From: an uncultured Xanthobacteraceae bacterium
Lineage (GTDB): Bacteria > Pseudomonadota > Alphaproteobacteria > Rhizobiales > Xanthobacteraceae
Assembly: GCA_955652925.1 (NCBI GenBank)
Contig: CATPCO010000693.1
Location: 1-33,497, forward strand
DNA: 33,497 nucleotides
Direction of reading: 5' to 3'
The number at the start of each line of letters is the position of its first letter. The stretch's first letter is position 1. The position numbers and the translations under genes are program-made. Shown here one piece after another: positions 1-9,576 of the stretch. The notes below the pieces were generated by a model that was not told the origin of the DNA, did not search any database, and saw nothing but the letters and a program-made list of their open reading frames with translations.

Positions 1-312
1 CTCATCGAAATGGCGCAAAGCTTCACGCGCCGGCGCCTCCCCATCTTTGCGCTGGTGATCCTGCCTTCGCTCTACCCGTTCATATTTGCCACGCTGCGGA
101 TCATGTTCGGGGTTTCGTGGAAGGTGACGCTCACGGCCGAGCTGTTCGGCGGCAATGCCGGCCTCGGCTACATGATCAACCTGGCACGTCAGGAGTTCGA
201 CACGGCCACGATCTTCGCAGCGGTCATCATCATCATCGCCTTCGTCCACGGCATGGACCATTACGTGCTGGGCCCGCTACAGGCAAAAGTGTCGCGTCAT
301 TATGCGAGCTGA
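1..312 (+). CDS. ABC transporter permease, C-terminal part (gene begins upstream of the window; nitrate/sulfonate/taurine SsuC/TauC-type)
   Basis: The frame is open from base 1 (LIEMAQSFTRRRLPIFALVILPS...). This region parallels the EAA-loop region ELIEMGRSFTRREMRILWRLTLPLL of the next permease. A hydrophobic C-terminal TM segment follows. The stop at 310-312 overlaps the next gene's start. Confidence 0.8.
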   Translation, partial: LIEMAQSFTRRRLPIFALVILPSLYPFIFATLRIMFGVSWKVTLTAELFGGNAGLGYMINLARQEFDTATIFAAVIIIIAFVHGMDHYVLGPLQAKVSRHYAS

Positions 313-1072
313 ACGGATAGGCTTTGCGCCCGATGGCGTGGAGCGCCTGATTGGTGAAGGCGTGGTCGTCATCGCGCTACTCGCCTGGTGGGCGCTCGCG
401 CGGCGCTTGCCGGAATTCATCCTGCCGGGTCCGCTGCCCGTCCTGCGCCGATTGGCCGAGCTCTGGCTCAATCCTGAATTTCTCTTGAACGCGTTTGCCT
501 CAACCTGGCGCGTTCTTGTTTCGATTGCACTTGCTCTCCTGATCGGCGGCGCGCTGGCGTTTCTTGCTCATGGCGTGGCGTCGATGACAGCGGTGGTGGA
601 TGCACGGATCAAGCCGGTGCTCAACTCCTTCCCCTCGATCGGCTGGGCGATCCTGGCTGCCATCTGGTTCGATCCCGGTGATTTCGGCGTCATCTTCGTT
701 GAGGTCGCAATCCTGATCCCGTTCTGTCTCATCAACATCGCCGAGGGACTGCGCAATCTCGACCGCGAGCTCATCGAGATGGGCCGCAGCTTCACCCGAC
801 GGGAGATGCGCATTCTCTGGCGTCTCACCTTGCCTCTGCTCGTGCCTTACGGCCTTTCCGCGACCCGCATCGCGTACGGCGTCGCCTGGAAGATTGCGCT
901 CGTTGCGGAACTGCTCGGCGCGCCGAACGGCGTGGGATATCTGATGCTGCGCGCGCAGACCGCGGCGGATAGCACCACGTTTCTTGCCATCTGCTTTGCC
1001 ATCGTGTTGATCTTCATTGCTGGCGAGCGGCTGGTAATCGTGCCCCTGGAGCGCCGCTTCGCGCAGCGGTAA
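302..1072 (+). CDS. ABC transporter permease (binding-protein-dependent transport inner-membrane component, SsuC/TauC-type), paralogue of the upstream permease
   Basis: 256-aa multi-TM ORF with the EAA-loop-like segment NIAEGLRNLDRELIEMGRSFTRREM. The tail AELLGAPNGVGYLM matches AELFGGNAGLGYMI in the preceding gene. The ATG overlaps the upstream stop by 11 nt. Confidence 0.85.
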   Translation: MRAERIGFAPDGVERLIGEGVVVIALLAWWALARRLPEFILPGPLPVLRRLAELWLNPEFLLNAFASTWRVLVSIALALLIGGALAFLAHGVASMTAVVDARIKPVLNSFPSIGWAILAAIWFDPGDFGVIFVEVAILIPFCLINIAEGLRNLDRELIEMGRSFTRREMRILWRLTLPLLVPYGLSATRIAYGVAWKIALVAELLGAPNGVGYLMLRAQTAADSTTFLAICFAIVLIFIAGERLVIVPLERRFAQR

Positions 1073-1085
1073 TCAAAGCTCGATC

Positions 1086-2588
1086 ATGGCAACCACGACG
1101 CAGACTGTGCTGGTCAAGACCACGGCCGGGGTTGTGCGCGGCGCAAAAGAGCAGGGGATCGCGGTATTCCGCGGCGTGCCCTATGCGGCGGCTCCCGTTG
1201 GTGATCTGCGCTTCTCGCCGCCGCAGCCTGCCCCGGCCTGGGAAGGCGTGCGCGACGCGACCAAGGACGGGCCGGTCGCGCCCCAGGGCCGCTCGCGGCT
1301 TGCCCACATCATGGGCGATTTCGAGCGCCCGCAATCGGAAGACTGCCTTACGCTGACGATCTGGACCCCGGCTCCTGACGCCGCAAAACGTCCGGTGCTG
1401 GTGTGGATTCATGGCGGCGCATTTTCGAGCGGCGCGGGCTCGCTGCCGTGGTATTGCGGCGAGCAGTTCGCCACCAACGGCGATATGGTCGTCGTCTCCA
1501 TGAACTACCGGCTGGGCGCGCTGGGGTTCCTGTGCCTGCCGGGCGCGAGCCAAGGCAATCTCGGATTGCTCGATCAGCTCGCGGCGCTGAATTTTGTGCG
1601 CGCCAATATTGCGGCCTTTGGCGGTGATCCGGAGAACGTCACGGTCGCCGGGCAGTCCGCGGGGGCGGCCGCAATCGTCATTCTCATGACCATGCCGGGC
1701 GCGCGCGGCTTGTTCCGGCGCGCGATCCTGCAAAGCACGCCGTTCGGACGAATGGCGCGCACGCTTGATGACGCTCACCGGATAGGACGACGCTTGCTGG
1801 AGGTGCTGAGCCTTGAGCCCGCGCAGGCGATAAGGCTCAAATCGCTGCCGGTCGCGGAGCTTGTCAGAGCCCAGGGCGAGGTCGCGCGGCTGGAAAAGAA
1901 GTTCGCCGATACGTTTGCGCCGTTTTGGCCGGTGATTGACGGGAGCGTCTATCCAGGCGAGGTCGCGCCGGCGCTCAAAGCCGGCGCCGGAGCCGAGATC
2001 GAGACCATGATCGGCACGACGCGCGAGGAGATGGCGGCATTCTACTGTATCGACGAGCAAGTCGCCGGTGCCGATCCCGCCGCGGTCGAGGCCGTGTTCG
2101 CCGCAATGTTCAAATCCCACTGGCGGCACTATTACGACGAGATCAGGCGGACCCGGGCCGCAAACAGCAATGCAGCGCTGCTCGGCGAGCTGATGACGCA
2201 AGCGAGCTTCCGGATGGGCAGTCTGCGCATGGCCGAGTGGCGCGCTGACCAGGGCCACCCGGCCTATGTGTATCAGTTCGACTGGCAATCGCCGGCTGGA
2301 TTCGAGTCCTGCCACTGTCTCGAAATCCCGTTCGTGTTCAATAATCTTGCGAGCTGGACCGGCTCGCCGATGCTCAAGGGCGCAGACCCTGATGAGACGA
2401 GAGGGCTTGCAGCGGCGATGCACGGCGCCTGGATCGCATTTGCGCGCAGCGGAACGCCAGATCATCCGCGCCTGCCGGTCTGGCCGCCCTATCGGCGCGC
2501 AGACCGCATGACCATGCGCTTCGATCGCGTGATCGGACCGGTGAGCGACCTTGCCGGTATCGAATGGCGCCGGCCCTGGCCCGGATGA
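1086..2588 (+). CDS. Carboxylesterase type B (para-nitrobenzyl-esterase-like alpha/beta hydrolase)
   Basis: 500-aa ORF with VWIHGGAFSSGAG (oxyanion-hole HGG motif) and the nucleophile elbow VTVAGQSAGAAA (G-x-S-x-G). The start is 13 nt after the permease stop. Confidence 0.9.
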   Translation: MATTTQTVLVKTTAGVVRGAKEQGIAVFRGVPYAAAPVGDLRFSPPQPAPAWEGVRDATKDGPVAPQGRSRLAHIMGDFERPQSEDCLTLTIWTPAPDAAKRPVLVWIHGGAFSSGAGSLPWYCGEQFATNGDMVVVSMNYRLGALGFLCLPGASQGNLGLLDQLAALNFVRANIAAFGGDPENVTVAGQSAGAAAIVILMTMPGARGLFRRAILQSTPFGRMARTLDDAHRIGRRLLEVLSLEPAQAIRLKSLPVAELVRAQGEVARLEKKFADTFAPFWPVIDGSVYPGEVAPALKAGAGAEIETMIGTTREEMAAFYCIDEQVAGADPAAVEAVFAAMFKSHWRHYYDEIRRTRAANSNAALLGELMTQASFRMGSLRMAEWRADQGHPAYVYQFDWQSPAGFESCHCLEIPFVFNNLASWTGSPMLKGADPDETRGLAAAMHGAWIAFARSGTPDHPRLPVWPPYRRADRMTMRFDRVIGPVSDLAGIEWRRPWPG

Positions 2589-2595
2589 TATTGCG

Positions 2596-3273
2596 ATGGT
2601 GCATTCGGTCACGATCCGCAAGGAAATCGCCGATCGCGTCTTACAGCGGCGCGGCCGCTACCATCTCTTTGACCGGCTCGACCCCGCCCGCACGGCGCTC
2701 GTTGCGATCGACATGCAGAATACGTTCTGCGCGCCGGGTGCTCCGGCTGAAGTGCCGGCAGCAAGAGGCATCGTTGAGCCGATCAACATTCTCACCGCCG
2801 GCCTGCGCGCTCTCCGTGTGCCCGTGATCTGGGTGCTGCACGCAAACGAGCGCATCGGCGGCAAGAGCGATTGGGAGCTCTTCTTCAACACCATCGTCGC
2901 CGACGAGGTTCGGGAAAGAACCATCGAAAGTCTTGTCCCTGCCAAGCAAAGCGTCTGGGACGGGCTCCTCACCAGCCCGGCGGATCGAACGGTGCTGAAG
3001 AATCGTTACAGTGCGTTGATCCCCGGCTCATCGCCGCTCGAGCGCGTGCTGCGCGGCCTCGGCATCGATACCGTTCTGATCGCTGGAACCAAGACCAATG
3101 TGTGCTGCGAATCAACCGCACGCGATGCCATGATGCTCGACTTCAAGGTCGTGCTGATCGAAGACTGTTGCGCTGCTCTCTCCGACGAAGAGCATCGCAG
3201 CGCCTTGGAAAACATCATCCAGCAGTTTGGTGATGTCATGACGGCTGCCGAGGTGCTGGCTCGGCTGCGATGA
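2596..3273 (+). CDS. Isochorismatase-family cysteine hydrolase
   Basis: Family motifs are TALVAIDMQNTFC near the N-terminus and the catalytic Cys context IAGTKTNVCCESTARDA. I prefer ATG 2596, just after the esterase stop at 2586-2588. The longer ORF from 2551 would overlap the esterase. Confidence 0.85.
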   Translation: MVHSVTIRKEIADRVLQRRGRYHLFDRLDPARTALVAIDMQNTFCAPGAPAEVPAARGIVEPINILTAGLRALRVPVIWVLHANERIGGKSDWELFFNTIVADEVRERTIESLVPAKQSVWDGLLTSPADRTVLKNRYSALIPGSSPLERVLRGLGIDTVLIAGTKTNVCCESTARDAMMLDFKVVLIEDCCAALSDEEHRSALENIIQQFGDVMTAAEVLARLR

Positions 3274-3291
3274 TCATAGCCAGCGGCAGGC

Positions 3292-3322
3292 CCTGTGACC
3301 TGTTGTTACAGGCGGCTACAGG
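3292..3322 (+). terminator. Possible weak hairpin after the hydrolase gene
   Basis: CCTGT-ga-CCTGT tgtt ACAGG-cggct-ACAGG forms two 5-bp stem segments with a 4-nt loop, 19 nt after the stop at 3273. There is no U-run, so the terminator role is uncertain. Confidence 0.3.
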
Positions 3323-3562
3323 CTGAATCACAACCTCAGATTGATTCTTCACCTTCAACACGTCAAGGATGTTTTTTTTCGGAATGAGCCGAAAAACCCA
3401 GCAAAATCAATGGGAGCATTCAACACAGACTACGCCGTTGAGAACCTCCGGTTTGACTCCAAGGGTTGACATTCCCATCTGTGGCCACGACAACCGCGGC
3501 CCGTTGTACCCTTGCGGCGTACCCTTGGGGCCTCGCGTTTTTCCCTAACTCTTTGGAATTGC

Positions 3563-6241
3563 ATGAACATCATCGTTGTTGAGTCGCCGGCCAAGGCCAG
3601 GACGCTGCATAAATACCTTGGCGCCGGCTACGAGGTATTGGCGTCTTTCGGCCATGTCCGCGACCTTCCGGCCAAGAACGGCTCCGTCGACCCCGACCAC
3701 GACTTCCGCATGATCTGGGAGGTGGACGACAAGTCCCGCAAGCGCCTCGACGATATTGCCCGTGCCCTGAAGGGGGCAAGCAAGCTCATTCTCGCGACCG
3801 ACCCCGACCGCGAGGGCGAAGCCATCTCCTGGCACGTCCTTGAAGTGCTCAAGCAAAAGAATGCGCTGAAGAAGCAGCCGGTCGAGCGGGTGGTCTTCAA
3901 TGCCATCACGAAGCAGGCGGTGCTCGATGCCATGAAGCACCCCCGCGACATCGATGCCGCACTGGTCGATGCCTATCTCGCAAGGCGTGCGCTCGACTAC
4001 CTCGTCGGCTTCACGCTCTCGCCGGTGCTGTGGCGCAAGCTCCCGGGCGCGCGCTCGGCCGGCCGGGTGCAGTCGGTGGCGCTGCGGCTCGTCTGCGACC
4101 GCGAGCTTGATATCGAAAAGTTCGTTGCGCGCGAATACTGGTCTCTGGTTGCCACCCTTGCGACGCCGCGCGGCGAGATCTTCGAAGCGCGCCTCGTCGG
4201 TGCCGATGGGCAAAAGATTCAAAGACTGGATATCGGGTCGGGGGCCGAGGCGGAGGCTTTCAAGCGCGCCCTCGAAAGCGCCGCATTTGCGGTCGCCGCG
4301 GTTGAAGCAAGACCGGCCAAGCGCAATCCGCCGCCGCCGTTTACCACCTCGACCCTCCAGCAAGAGGCAAGCCGCAAGTTCGGCTTCGCCCCGGCCCATA
4401 CCATGCGCATCGCGCAGCGGCTCTACGAAGGCGTCGACATCGAGGGCGACACCGTCGGCCTCATCACCTATATGCGCACCGACGGTGTCGACATTGCCGA
4501 GGAGGCGATCACCGCCGCGCGGCGCGTGATCGGTGCCGATTACGGCGCGCGTTATCTGCCGCCCTCCCCGCGCAAATACCTGACCAAGGCAAAGAACGCC
4601 CAGGAGGCGCACGAAGCCATCCGGCCCACTGATGTGGGACGGAGGCCCGCGCAGGTGAGGCGGTTGCTCGATCACGATCAGGCGAGGCTCTATGAACTGA
4701 TCTGGCTGCGCACCATGGCAAGCCAGATGGAGTCGGCCGAACTCGAGCGCACCACGGCCGATATCTCGGCACACGCCGGCAGCCGCGTCATCGAGCTGCG
4801 CGCAACCGGCACTGTTGTGAAGTTCGACGGATTTCTCACACTCTATCAGGAAGGGCGCGACGACGAGCCGGAAGACGAGGAGTCCCGCCGGCTTCCCGAG
4901 ATGAGCGCTGGTGAGAGGCTCAGCAAGCGAAAGATCGACGCCAACCAGCATTTCACGGAGCCGCCGCCGCGCTACTCGGAGGCTTCTCTCGTCAAGCGGA
5001 TGGAGGAGCTTGGGATCGGCCGGCCCTCGACCTACGCGTCAATTTTGCAGGTCCTCAAGGACCGCGGTTACGTGCGCATCGAAAAGAAGCGGCTCGTCCC
5101 GGACGACAAGGGACGCGTTCTGACGGCCTTTCTCGAAAGCTTTTTTGCTCGTTACGTGGAATACGATTTCACCGCCGACCTCGAGGAGCAGCTCGACCGT
5201 ATCTCCAATAACGAGATTGCCTGGCGCGACCTCTTGCGCGATTTCTGGCGCGAATTCACTGCGGCCGTGGGCGACATCAAGGAGCTGCGCGTTGCGCAGG
5301 TCATCGACGCGCTGGATGAGATGCTGGCGCCGCACCTCTTCCCGCCGCGCGAGGACGGCAGCGATCCACGCAAATGCCCCAGTTGCGAAACGGGGCGGCT
5401 ATCGCTCAAGCTCGGCAAGTTCGGCGGCTTTATCGGTTGCTCGAATTATCCGGAGTGCCGCTATACGCGTGCGCTCGCACCGGGCAATGGTGCAAATGGC
5501 GATGGCGGAATGAAGAAGCTCGGCGAAGATCGCGCAACCGGCCTCGAAGTGACGGTGCGCACCGGCCGTTTCGGGCCCTATATCCAGCTCGGCGAAGCGG
5601 CCAATGGAGAAAAACCCAAGCGCGCGAGTCTGCCGAAGGGCACCTCGCCTGAGGACGTCGATCTTGATCGCGCACTGGCCTTGCTTTCGCTCCCACGCGA
5701 AGTCGGAAAACACCCCGAGGGCGGGGAGCCAATCGTTGCAGGCATTGGCCGTTTCGGACCCTACGTCCAGCATGGCAAGACTTTTGCCACCCTCACCGCG
5801 GGCGACGATGTCCTGACCATCGGTTTAAACCGCGCGGTCACGCTCATTGAGGAGAAGCGCGCCAAAGGTCCGCGCCAGCGTCGCTTCGGCGCAGATTCCG
5901 GACGCGCCCTGGGCGAATATCCCGACAAGGGCGGTACGGTGGTGGCGCGGACGGGCCGTTATGGACCCTATGTGAGCCACAATGGGATCAACGCGACGCT
6001 TACCTCGGACATGACGCCCGAGACCGTGACGCTCGAACAGGCAGTCGGGCTCCTGGAGGCAAAGGCGGCACGCGGCGGCACAGCCAAATCAGTCGGTAGA
6101 TTAAGCCCGCAGCCGCGCAGAACCGCCCGCAAGGCCAAGCGGCAGAAACCTCCTGCCGCGCAGGCCAAGCCGGCAGCAGCGAGAGAAAAGAAACCCGCAC
6201 GCAAGTCCAAGGCCGGCGGTGGAGTGGGTAAAATCGTCTGA
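3563..6241 (+). CDS. topA: DNA topoisomerase I (type IA)
   Basis: The protein starts MNIIVVESPAKA. It has the Toprim motif ATDPDREGEAISWH and the active-site tyrosine motif LITYMRTDG. It carries one Cys4 zinc ribbon (CPSCETG...CSNYPEC) followed by three zinc-less GR[FY]GPY repeats and a Lys/Ala-rich tail. ATG 3563 fits the canonical N-terminus; the track start at 3512 is a TTG. Confidence 0.97.
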   Translation: MNIIVVESPAKARTLHKYLGAGYEVLASFGHVRDLPAKNGSVDPDHDFRMIWEVDDKSRKRLDDIARALKGASKLILATDPDREGEAISWHVLEVLKQKNALKKQPVERVVFNAITKQAVLDAMKHPRDIDAALVDAYLARRALDYLVGFTLSPVLWRKLPGARSAGRVQSVALRLVCDRELDIEKFVAREYWSLVATLATPRGEIFEARLVGADGQKIQRLDIGSGAEAEAFKRALESAAFAVAAVEARPAKRNPPPPFTTSTLQQEASRKFGFAPAHTMRIAQRLYEGVDIEGDTVGLITYMRTDGVDIAEEAITAARRVIGADYGARYLPPSPRKYLTKAKNAQEAHEAIRPTDVGRRPAQVRRLLDHDQARLYELIWLRTMASQMESAELERTTADISAHAGSRVIELRATGTVVKFDGFLTLYQEGRDDEPEDEESRRLPEMSAGERLSKRKIDANQHFTEPPPRYSEASLVKRMEELGIGRPSTYASILQVLKDRGYVRIEKKRLVPDDKGRVLTAFLESFFARYVEYDFTADLEEQLDRISNNEIAWRDLLRDFWREFTAAVGDIKELRVAQVIDALDEMLAPHLFPPREDGSDPRKCPSCETGRLSLKLGKFGGFIGCSNYPECRYTRALAPGNGANGDGGMKKLGEDRATGLEVTVRTGRFGPYIQLGEAANGEKPKRASLPKGTSPEDVDLDRALALLSLPREVGKHPEGGEPIVAGIGRFGPYVQHGKTFATLTAGDDVLTIGLNRAVTLIEEKRAKGPRQRRFGADSGRALGEYPDKGGTVVARTGRYGPYVSHNGINATLTSDMTPETVTLEQAVGLLEAKAARGGTAKSVGRLSPQPRRTARKAKRQKPPAAQAKPAAAREKKPARKSKAGGGVGKIV

Positions 6242-6274
6242 CTTGCCTGCCGTGCGGGAGCCACCGGCTGCAAA

Positions 6275-8545
6275 ATGAAGCATCCCCGCGCCAAGCCACC
6301 TTCTCCATCCAAGGATGAACTCGTCGCGTTCATCGCCGAGCAAGAGGGCAAGGCGGGTGTGCGGGAGATCGCCCGCGCCTTCGGCATGAAAAACGCGGAC
6401 CGGGCAACGTTGCGGCACATGCTGCGCGAGCTTGCCGAGGAGGGCCGCGTCGAGCGCAGGCGAAAAAAGCTCCATCGCCCCGGAACCTTGCCCGATGTCG
6501 TGCTCGCGGACGTTTGCGCGCGCGACGCCGACGGGGAGCTGATCGCCGTGCCCACCGAGTGGGATGAGGCCGCGCACGGACCCGCCCCGAAAATTCACGT
6601 GCGGACCACGCGCCGCGCCCGGCCAAGCGAGCTGGCGGGCGTGGGCGATCGCGCATTGCTGCGCGTCGACCAAGGCGCCGCCGATGGTCATTACAGCGCA
6701 CGCGTTATCAAGCTGATCGATCGCGCAAGACAGCGCGTGCTCGGCATTTTTCGCACGAGCCCAGAGGGCGGCGGGCGTGTCATCCCGGTCGACAAGAAAC
6801 AACTCGGCCAGGAACTTCTGATCCCCGCGGGAGCTGGCGCAGAGGCACAGGACGGCGACCTAGTCGCAGCCGAGGTGACTGAGCCAAGGCGCGGCTACGG
6901 GCTGCCCACCGCGCGCATCAAGGAACGGCTCGGCTCGCTCGGAACCGAACGCGCGGTCAGCCTCATTGCGATTCATGCGCACGGGATTCCGTATGTCTTT
7001 CCCGCCCCGGCATTAGCCGAGGCGCAAACCGCCAAGCCGGCTCGACGCGCAGGACGCGAGGATTGGCGCAATCTGCCCCTCGTCACCATTGATCCGGCCG
7101 ACGCCAAGGACCACGACGACGCCGTGCACGCGGCGCGCGACACGGCGCCCGACAATCGCGGCGGATTCATCATCAGCGTCGCCATCGCCGATGTTGCGCA
7201 TTACGTGCGTCCCGGCTCGGCGCTCGATCGCGAGGCCCTCGTGCGCGGCAACTCGGTTTACTTTCCCGATCGGGTCGTGCCGATGCTGCCTGAGCGGATC
7301 TCAAACGATCTATGCTCGCTGCGGCCAGGAGAGGACCGCGCCGCCTTGGCCGTGCGCATGATCATCGGGCCGGACGGACGCAAGCGCTCCCATACTTTTC
7401 ATCGCGTGCTCATGCGCTCGGCTGCAAAGCTCAATTACACGCAAGTCCAGGCCGGCATCGATGGCTGGCCGGATGAGACGACTGGACCCTTGCTGGCATC
7501 CGTGCTCGAGCCCCTCTATGCCGCCTATCGATGTTTGAAGCGCGCGAGCGACGAGCGTGCGCCGCTTGATCTTGATCTTCCAGAGCGAAAAATCGTTCTC
7601 AGCGCGCACAGCACCGTGGATCACGTCGTCACGGCCGAGCGCCTCGATTCGCATCGGCTGATTGAAGAGTTCATGATTCTGGCGAATGTGGCAGCGGCGG
7701 AGACGCTTGAGCGTGCACGCGTTCCGCTCATTTATCGCGTGCATGACGAGCCTGACCCGGAGCGCGTGAACGCGCTGCGGGAGTTCCTGCGCAGCCTCGA
7801 CATCTCGCTCCCCAAAAGCGGGCCTTTGCGCGCCGCCCAGTTCAATCGCATCCTCGAGCGCGTGAAGGGCCGCGATACCGAGAAATTGGTCAATGAAGTG
7901 GTGTTGCGCACGCAGGCGCAGGCTGAGTACGCCGCGCAGAACTACGGACACTTTGGTCTTAACCTGCGCCGCTACGCGCATTTCACATCGCCCATTCGCC
8001 GCTATGCAGACCTCATCGTGCATCGCGGGCTCATCGGCGCGCTAAAGCTCGGCGAGGGTGCCTTGCCGGCGGGTCAGGATACGGCTGCGCTGGTCGAGAT
8101 CAGCGCGCAAATCTCGGCGGCCGAACGCCGCGCGATGAAGGCCGAGCGCGAAACTTTCGACCGCCTGCTCGCTCATTTTCTTGCCGACCGGATCGGCGCA
8201 ATCTTCGAGGGCCACATTTCCGGCGCCACCCGCGCGGGATTATTCGTGAAGCTTGACGATACCGGTGCCGACGGCTTCATTCCCGCGCGCACGGTGGGCA
8301 CGGAATATTTTCGCTACCACGAAGACCGCCACGCGCTCATTGGTGACCGCAGCGGCGAAACCTACCGGCTCGGCGACCACGTTACGGTCCGCCTGGTCGA
8401 GGCGGCTCCCGTGGCAGGCGCATTGCGCTTCGAGCTTCTCGCGGAAGCCCGTAGCGCCGCGCGTCGTGAGCACAGCCATCGTCAACGCCCAAGTCACGCG
8501 CAGGCGCGCCCGCACAAGCCGCGCAAGCGCGCCGGAAGATCATGA
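6275..8545 (+). CDS. rnr: Ribonuclease R (RNB-family 3'-5' exoribonuclease)
   Basis: RNB catalytic motif TIDPADAKDHDDAV. A C-terminal S1-like segment (FEGHISGATRAGLFVKLDDTGADGFIP) and a basic Arg/Lys tail follow. GGGAG lies upstream of the ATG. Confidence 0.95.
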   Translation: MKHPRAKPPSPSKDELVAFIAEQEGKAGVREIARAFGMKNADRATLRHMLRELAEEGRVERRRKKLHRPGTLPDVVLADVCARDADGELIAVPTEWDEAAHGPAPKIHVRTTRRARPSELAGVGDRALLRVDQGAADGHYSARVIKLIDRARQRVLGIFRTSPEGGGRVIPVDKKQLGQELLIPAGAGAEAQDGDLVAAEVTEPRRGYGLPTARIKERLGSLGTERAVSLIAIHAHGIPYVFPAPALAEAQTAKPARRAGREDWRNLPLVTIDPADAKDHDDAVHAARDTAPDNRGGFIISVAIADVAHYVRPGSALDREALVRGNSVYFPDRVVPMLPERISNDLCSLRPGEDRAALAVRMIIGPDGRKRSHTFHRVLMRSAAKLNYTQVQAGIDGWPDETTGPLLASVLEPLYAAYRCLKRASDERAPLDLDLPERKIVLSAHSTVDHVVTAERLDSHRLIEEFMILANVAAAETLERARVPLIYRVHDEPDPERVNALREFLRSLDISLPKSGPLRAAQFNRILERVKGRDTEKLVNEVVLRTQAQAEYAAQNYGHFGLNLRRYAHFTSPIRRYADLIVHRGLIGALKLGEGALPAGQDTAALVEISAQISAAERRAMKAERETFDRLLAHFLADRIGAIFEGHISGATRAGLFVKLDDTGADGFIPARTVGTEYFRYHEDRHALIGDRSGETYRLGDHVTVRLVEAAPVAGALRFELLAEARSAARREHSHRQRPSHAQARPHKPRKRAGRS

Positions 8546-9294
8546 CCGGCACCCATTCCGAGGCGCTGGAACGCATGAACCGCTTCGAGGCGGCGGAAGG
8601 CAAGGCGACGGCGGACCTCATTCGGCCAAAGGACGCAGCCACGCTCATTCTGGTTGACCGGTCGGAACGCGTCCCCAAGGTGCTGCTGGGGAAACGCCAC
8701 GCGCGTCACAAATTCATGCCGGGAATGTTCGTGTTCCCGGGCGGCAGGGTTGATCCCACCGACAAAAAAATGCTCGTTGCCCGGGCGCTTCATCATGACG
8801 TGGAGACGCAGCTGATGAAGCGTCTTGCACGCCCAAGCCCGGCAAAGGCGCGGGCGTTTGCTCTCGCAGCCATCCGTGAGACATTCGAGGAGACGGGACT
8901 TCTGCTCGGCGCGCGCACAATCAAGATCAACGGGGTTCCGGCCGGTCCCTGGACGGCTTTCGCACAAGCCGGCATCCTGCCGGACCTGGGCCTCCTGCAT
9001 TTCATTGGTCGCGCGATTACTCCGCCCCGCCGCCCACGACGGTTTGACGCGCGCTTTTTCGCCATGGATGCGAGCGCGATTGCGCATCGTATCGAGGGTA
9101 TGACCGGGCCCGACGCAGAGTTGGTCGAGCTTGTCTGGATGCCGCTCGCGCAAGCCCAGCAGCTCCACATGCCCGCAGTAACCAGTGTCATGCTCGAAGA
9201 GCTCGATGCGCGCATCGCGCTTGGGTTCGGGCATAAGCTGCCGGTGCCGTTCTACCGGATGCCCCGCAAGCAGTTCATGCGCGAGATGTTGTGA
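8542..9294 (+). CDS. NUDIX-family hydrolase
   Basis: Nudix-box-like segment [10 protein letters not shown]...[15 protein letters not shown]. The start ATGA overlaps the rnr stop, which indicates translational coupling. Confidence 0.8.
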   Translation: MTGTHSEALERMNRFEAAEGKATADLIRPKDAATLILVDRSERVPKVLLGKRHARHKFMPGMFVFPGGRVDPTDKKMLVARALHHDVETQLMKRLARPSPAKARAFALAAIRETFEETGLLLGARTIKINGVPAGPWTAFAQAGILPDLGLLHFIGRAITPPRRPRRFDARFFAMDASAIAHRIEGMTGPDAELVELVWMPLAQAQQLHMPAVTSVMLEELDARIALGFGHKLPVPFYRMPRKQFMREML

Positions 9295-9301
9295 GGCATT
9301 C

Positions 9302-9329
9302 TTGACTTTGGCGCATCGGCGGCTACGTT
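9302..9329 (+). promoter_or_regulatory. Candidate sigma-70-type promoter for rpmG
   Basis: TTGACT at 9302-9307 is followed after 14 nt by GCTACGTT (9322-9329). This resembles the alphaproteobacterial TTGAC...GCTANAWC arrangement. It lies about 30 nt upstream of the rpmG ATG, which has a GAGG RBS. Confidence 0.4.
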
Positions 9330-9358
9330 GCCCGCGCGTTCACCTCATGAGGTTCGCC

Positions 9359-9526
9359 ATGGCCAAGGCCACCACCATCAAAGTGAAACTGGTTTCGAGC
9401 GCGGATACTGGATTCTATTACGTTACCCGTAAGAACTCGCGCACCATGACAGACAAGCTGGTCAAGAAGAAATACGATCCGGTCGCGAAGAAGCACGTCG
9501 AGTTTCGCGAGGCAAAGATCAAATAA
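9359..9526 (+). CDS. rpmG: 50S ribosomal protein L33
   Basis: The 55-aa product [55 protein letters not shown] is a canonical L33. It sits inside the longer track ORF 9185..9526. Confidence 0.97.
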   Translation: MAKATTIKVKLVSSADTGFYYVTRKNSRTMTDKLVKKKYDPVAKKHVEFREAKIK

Positions 9527-9546
9527 ACGGATCAGCCTGGCAGAAG

Positions 9547-9576
9547 GAAGGCGCCCGACTTGAGTCAGGCGCCTTC
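9547..9576 (+). terminator. Rho-independent-type hairpin after rpmG
   Basis: GAAGGCGCC-c-GACT tg AGTC-a-GGCGCCTTC forms a 13-bp GC-rich interrupted stem 21 nt after the rpmG stop. The trailing U-run is poor (tcat). Confidence 0.65.

Noticed and set aside
1014-2621. 535-aa ORF on the minus strand, antisense to the carboxylesterase gene
   Set aside because: The translation is Arg/Ala/Gly/Pro-rich with no recognisable motif. It fully overlaps a CDS with clear family motifs. This is the typical GC-driven shadow ORF of a high-GC genome.
3466-3494. TTGACA hexamer as the topA -35 element
   Set aside because: No acceptable -10 hexamer lies at 16-18 nt spacing (GACAAC or CGACAA), so it is not listed as a promoter feature.
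3545-4951. 468-aa ORF antisense to topA
   Set aside because: It lies entirely within topA, has no motifs, and its composition is typical of antisense frames.
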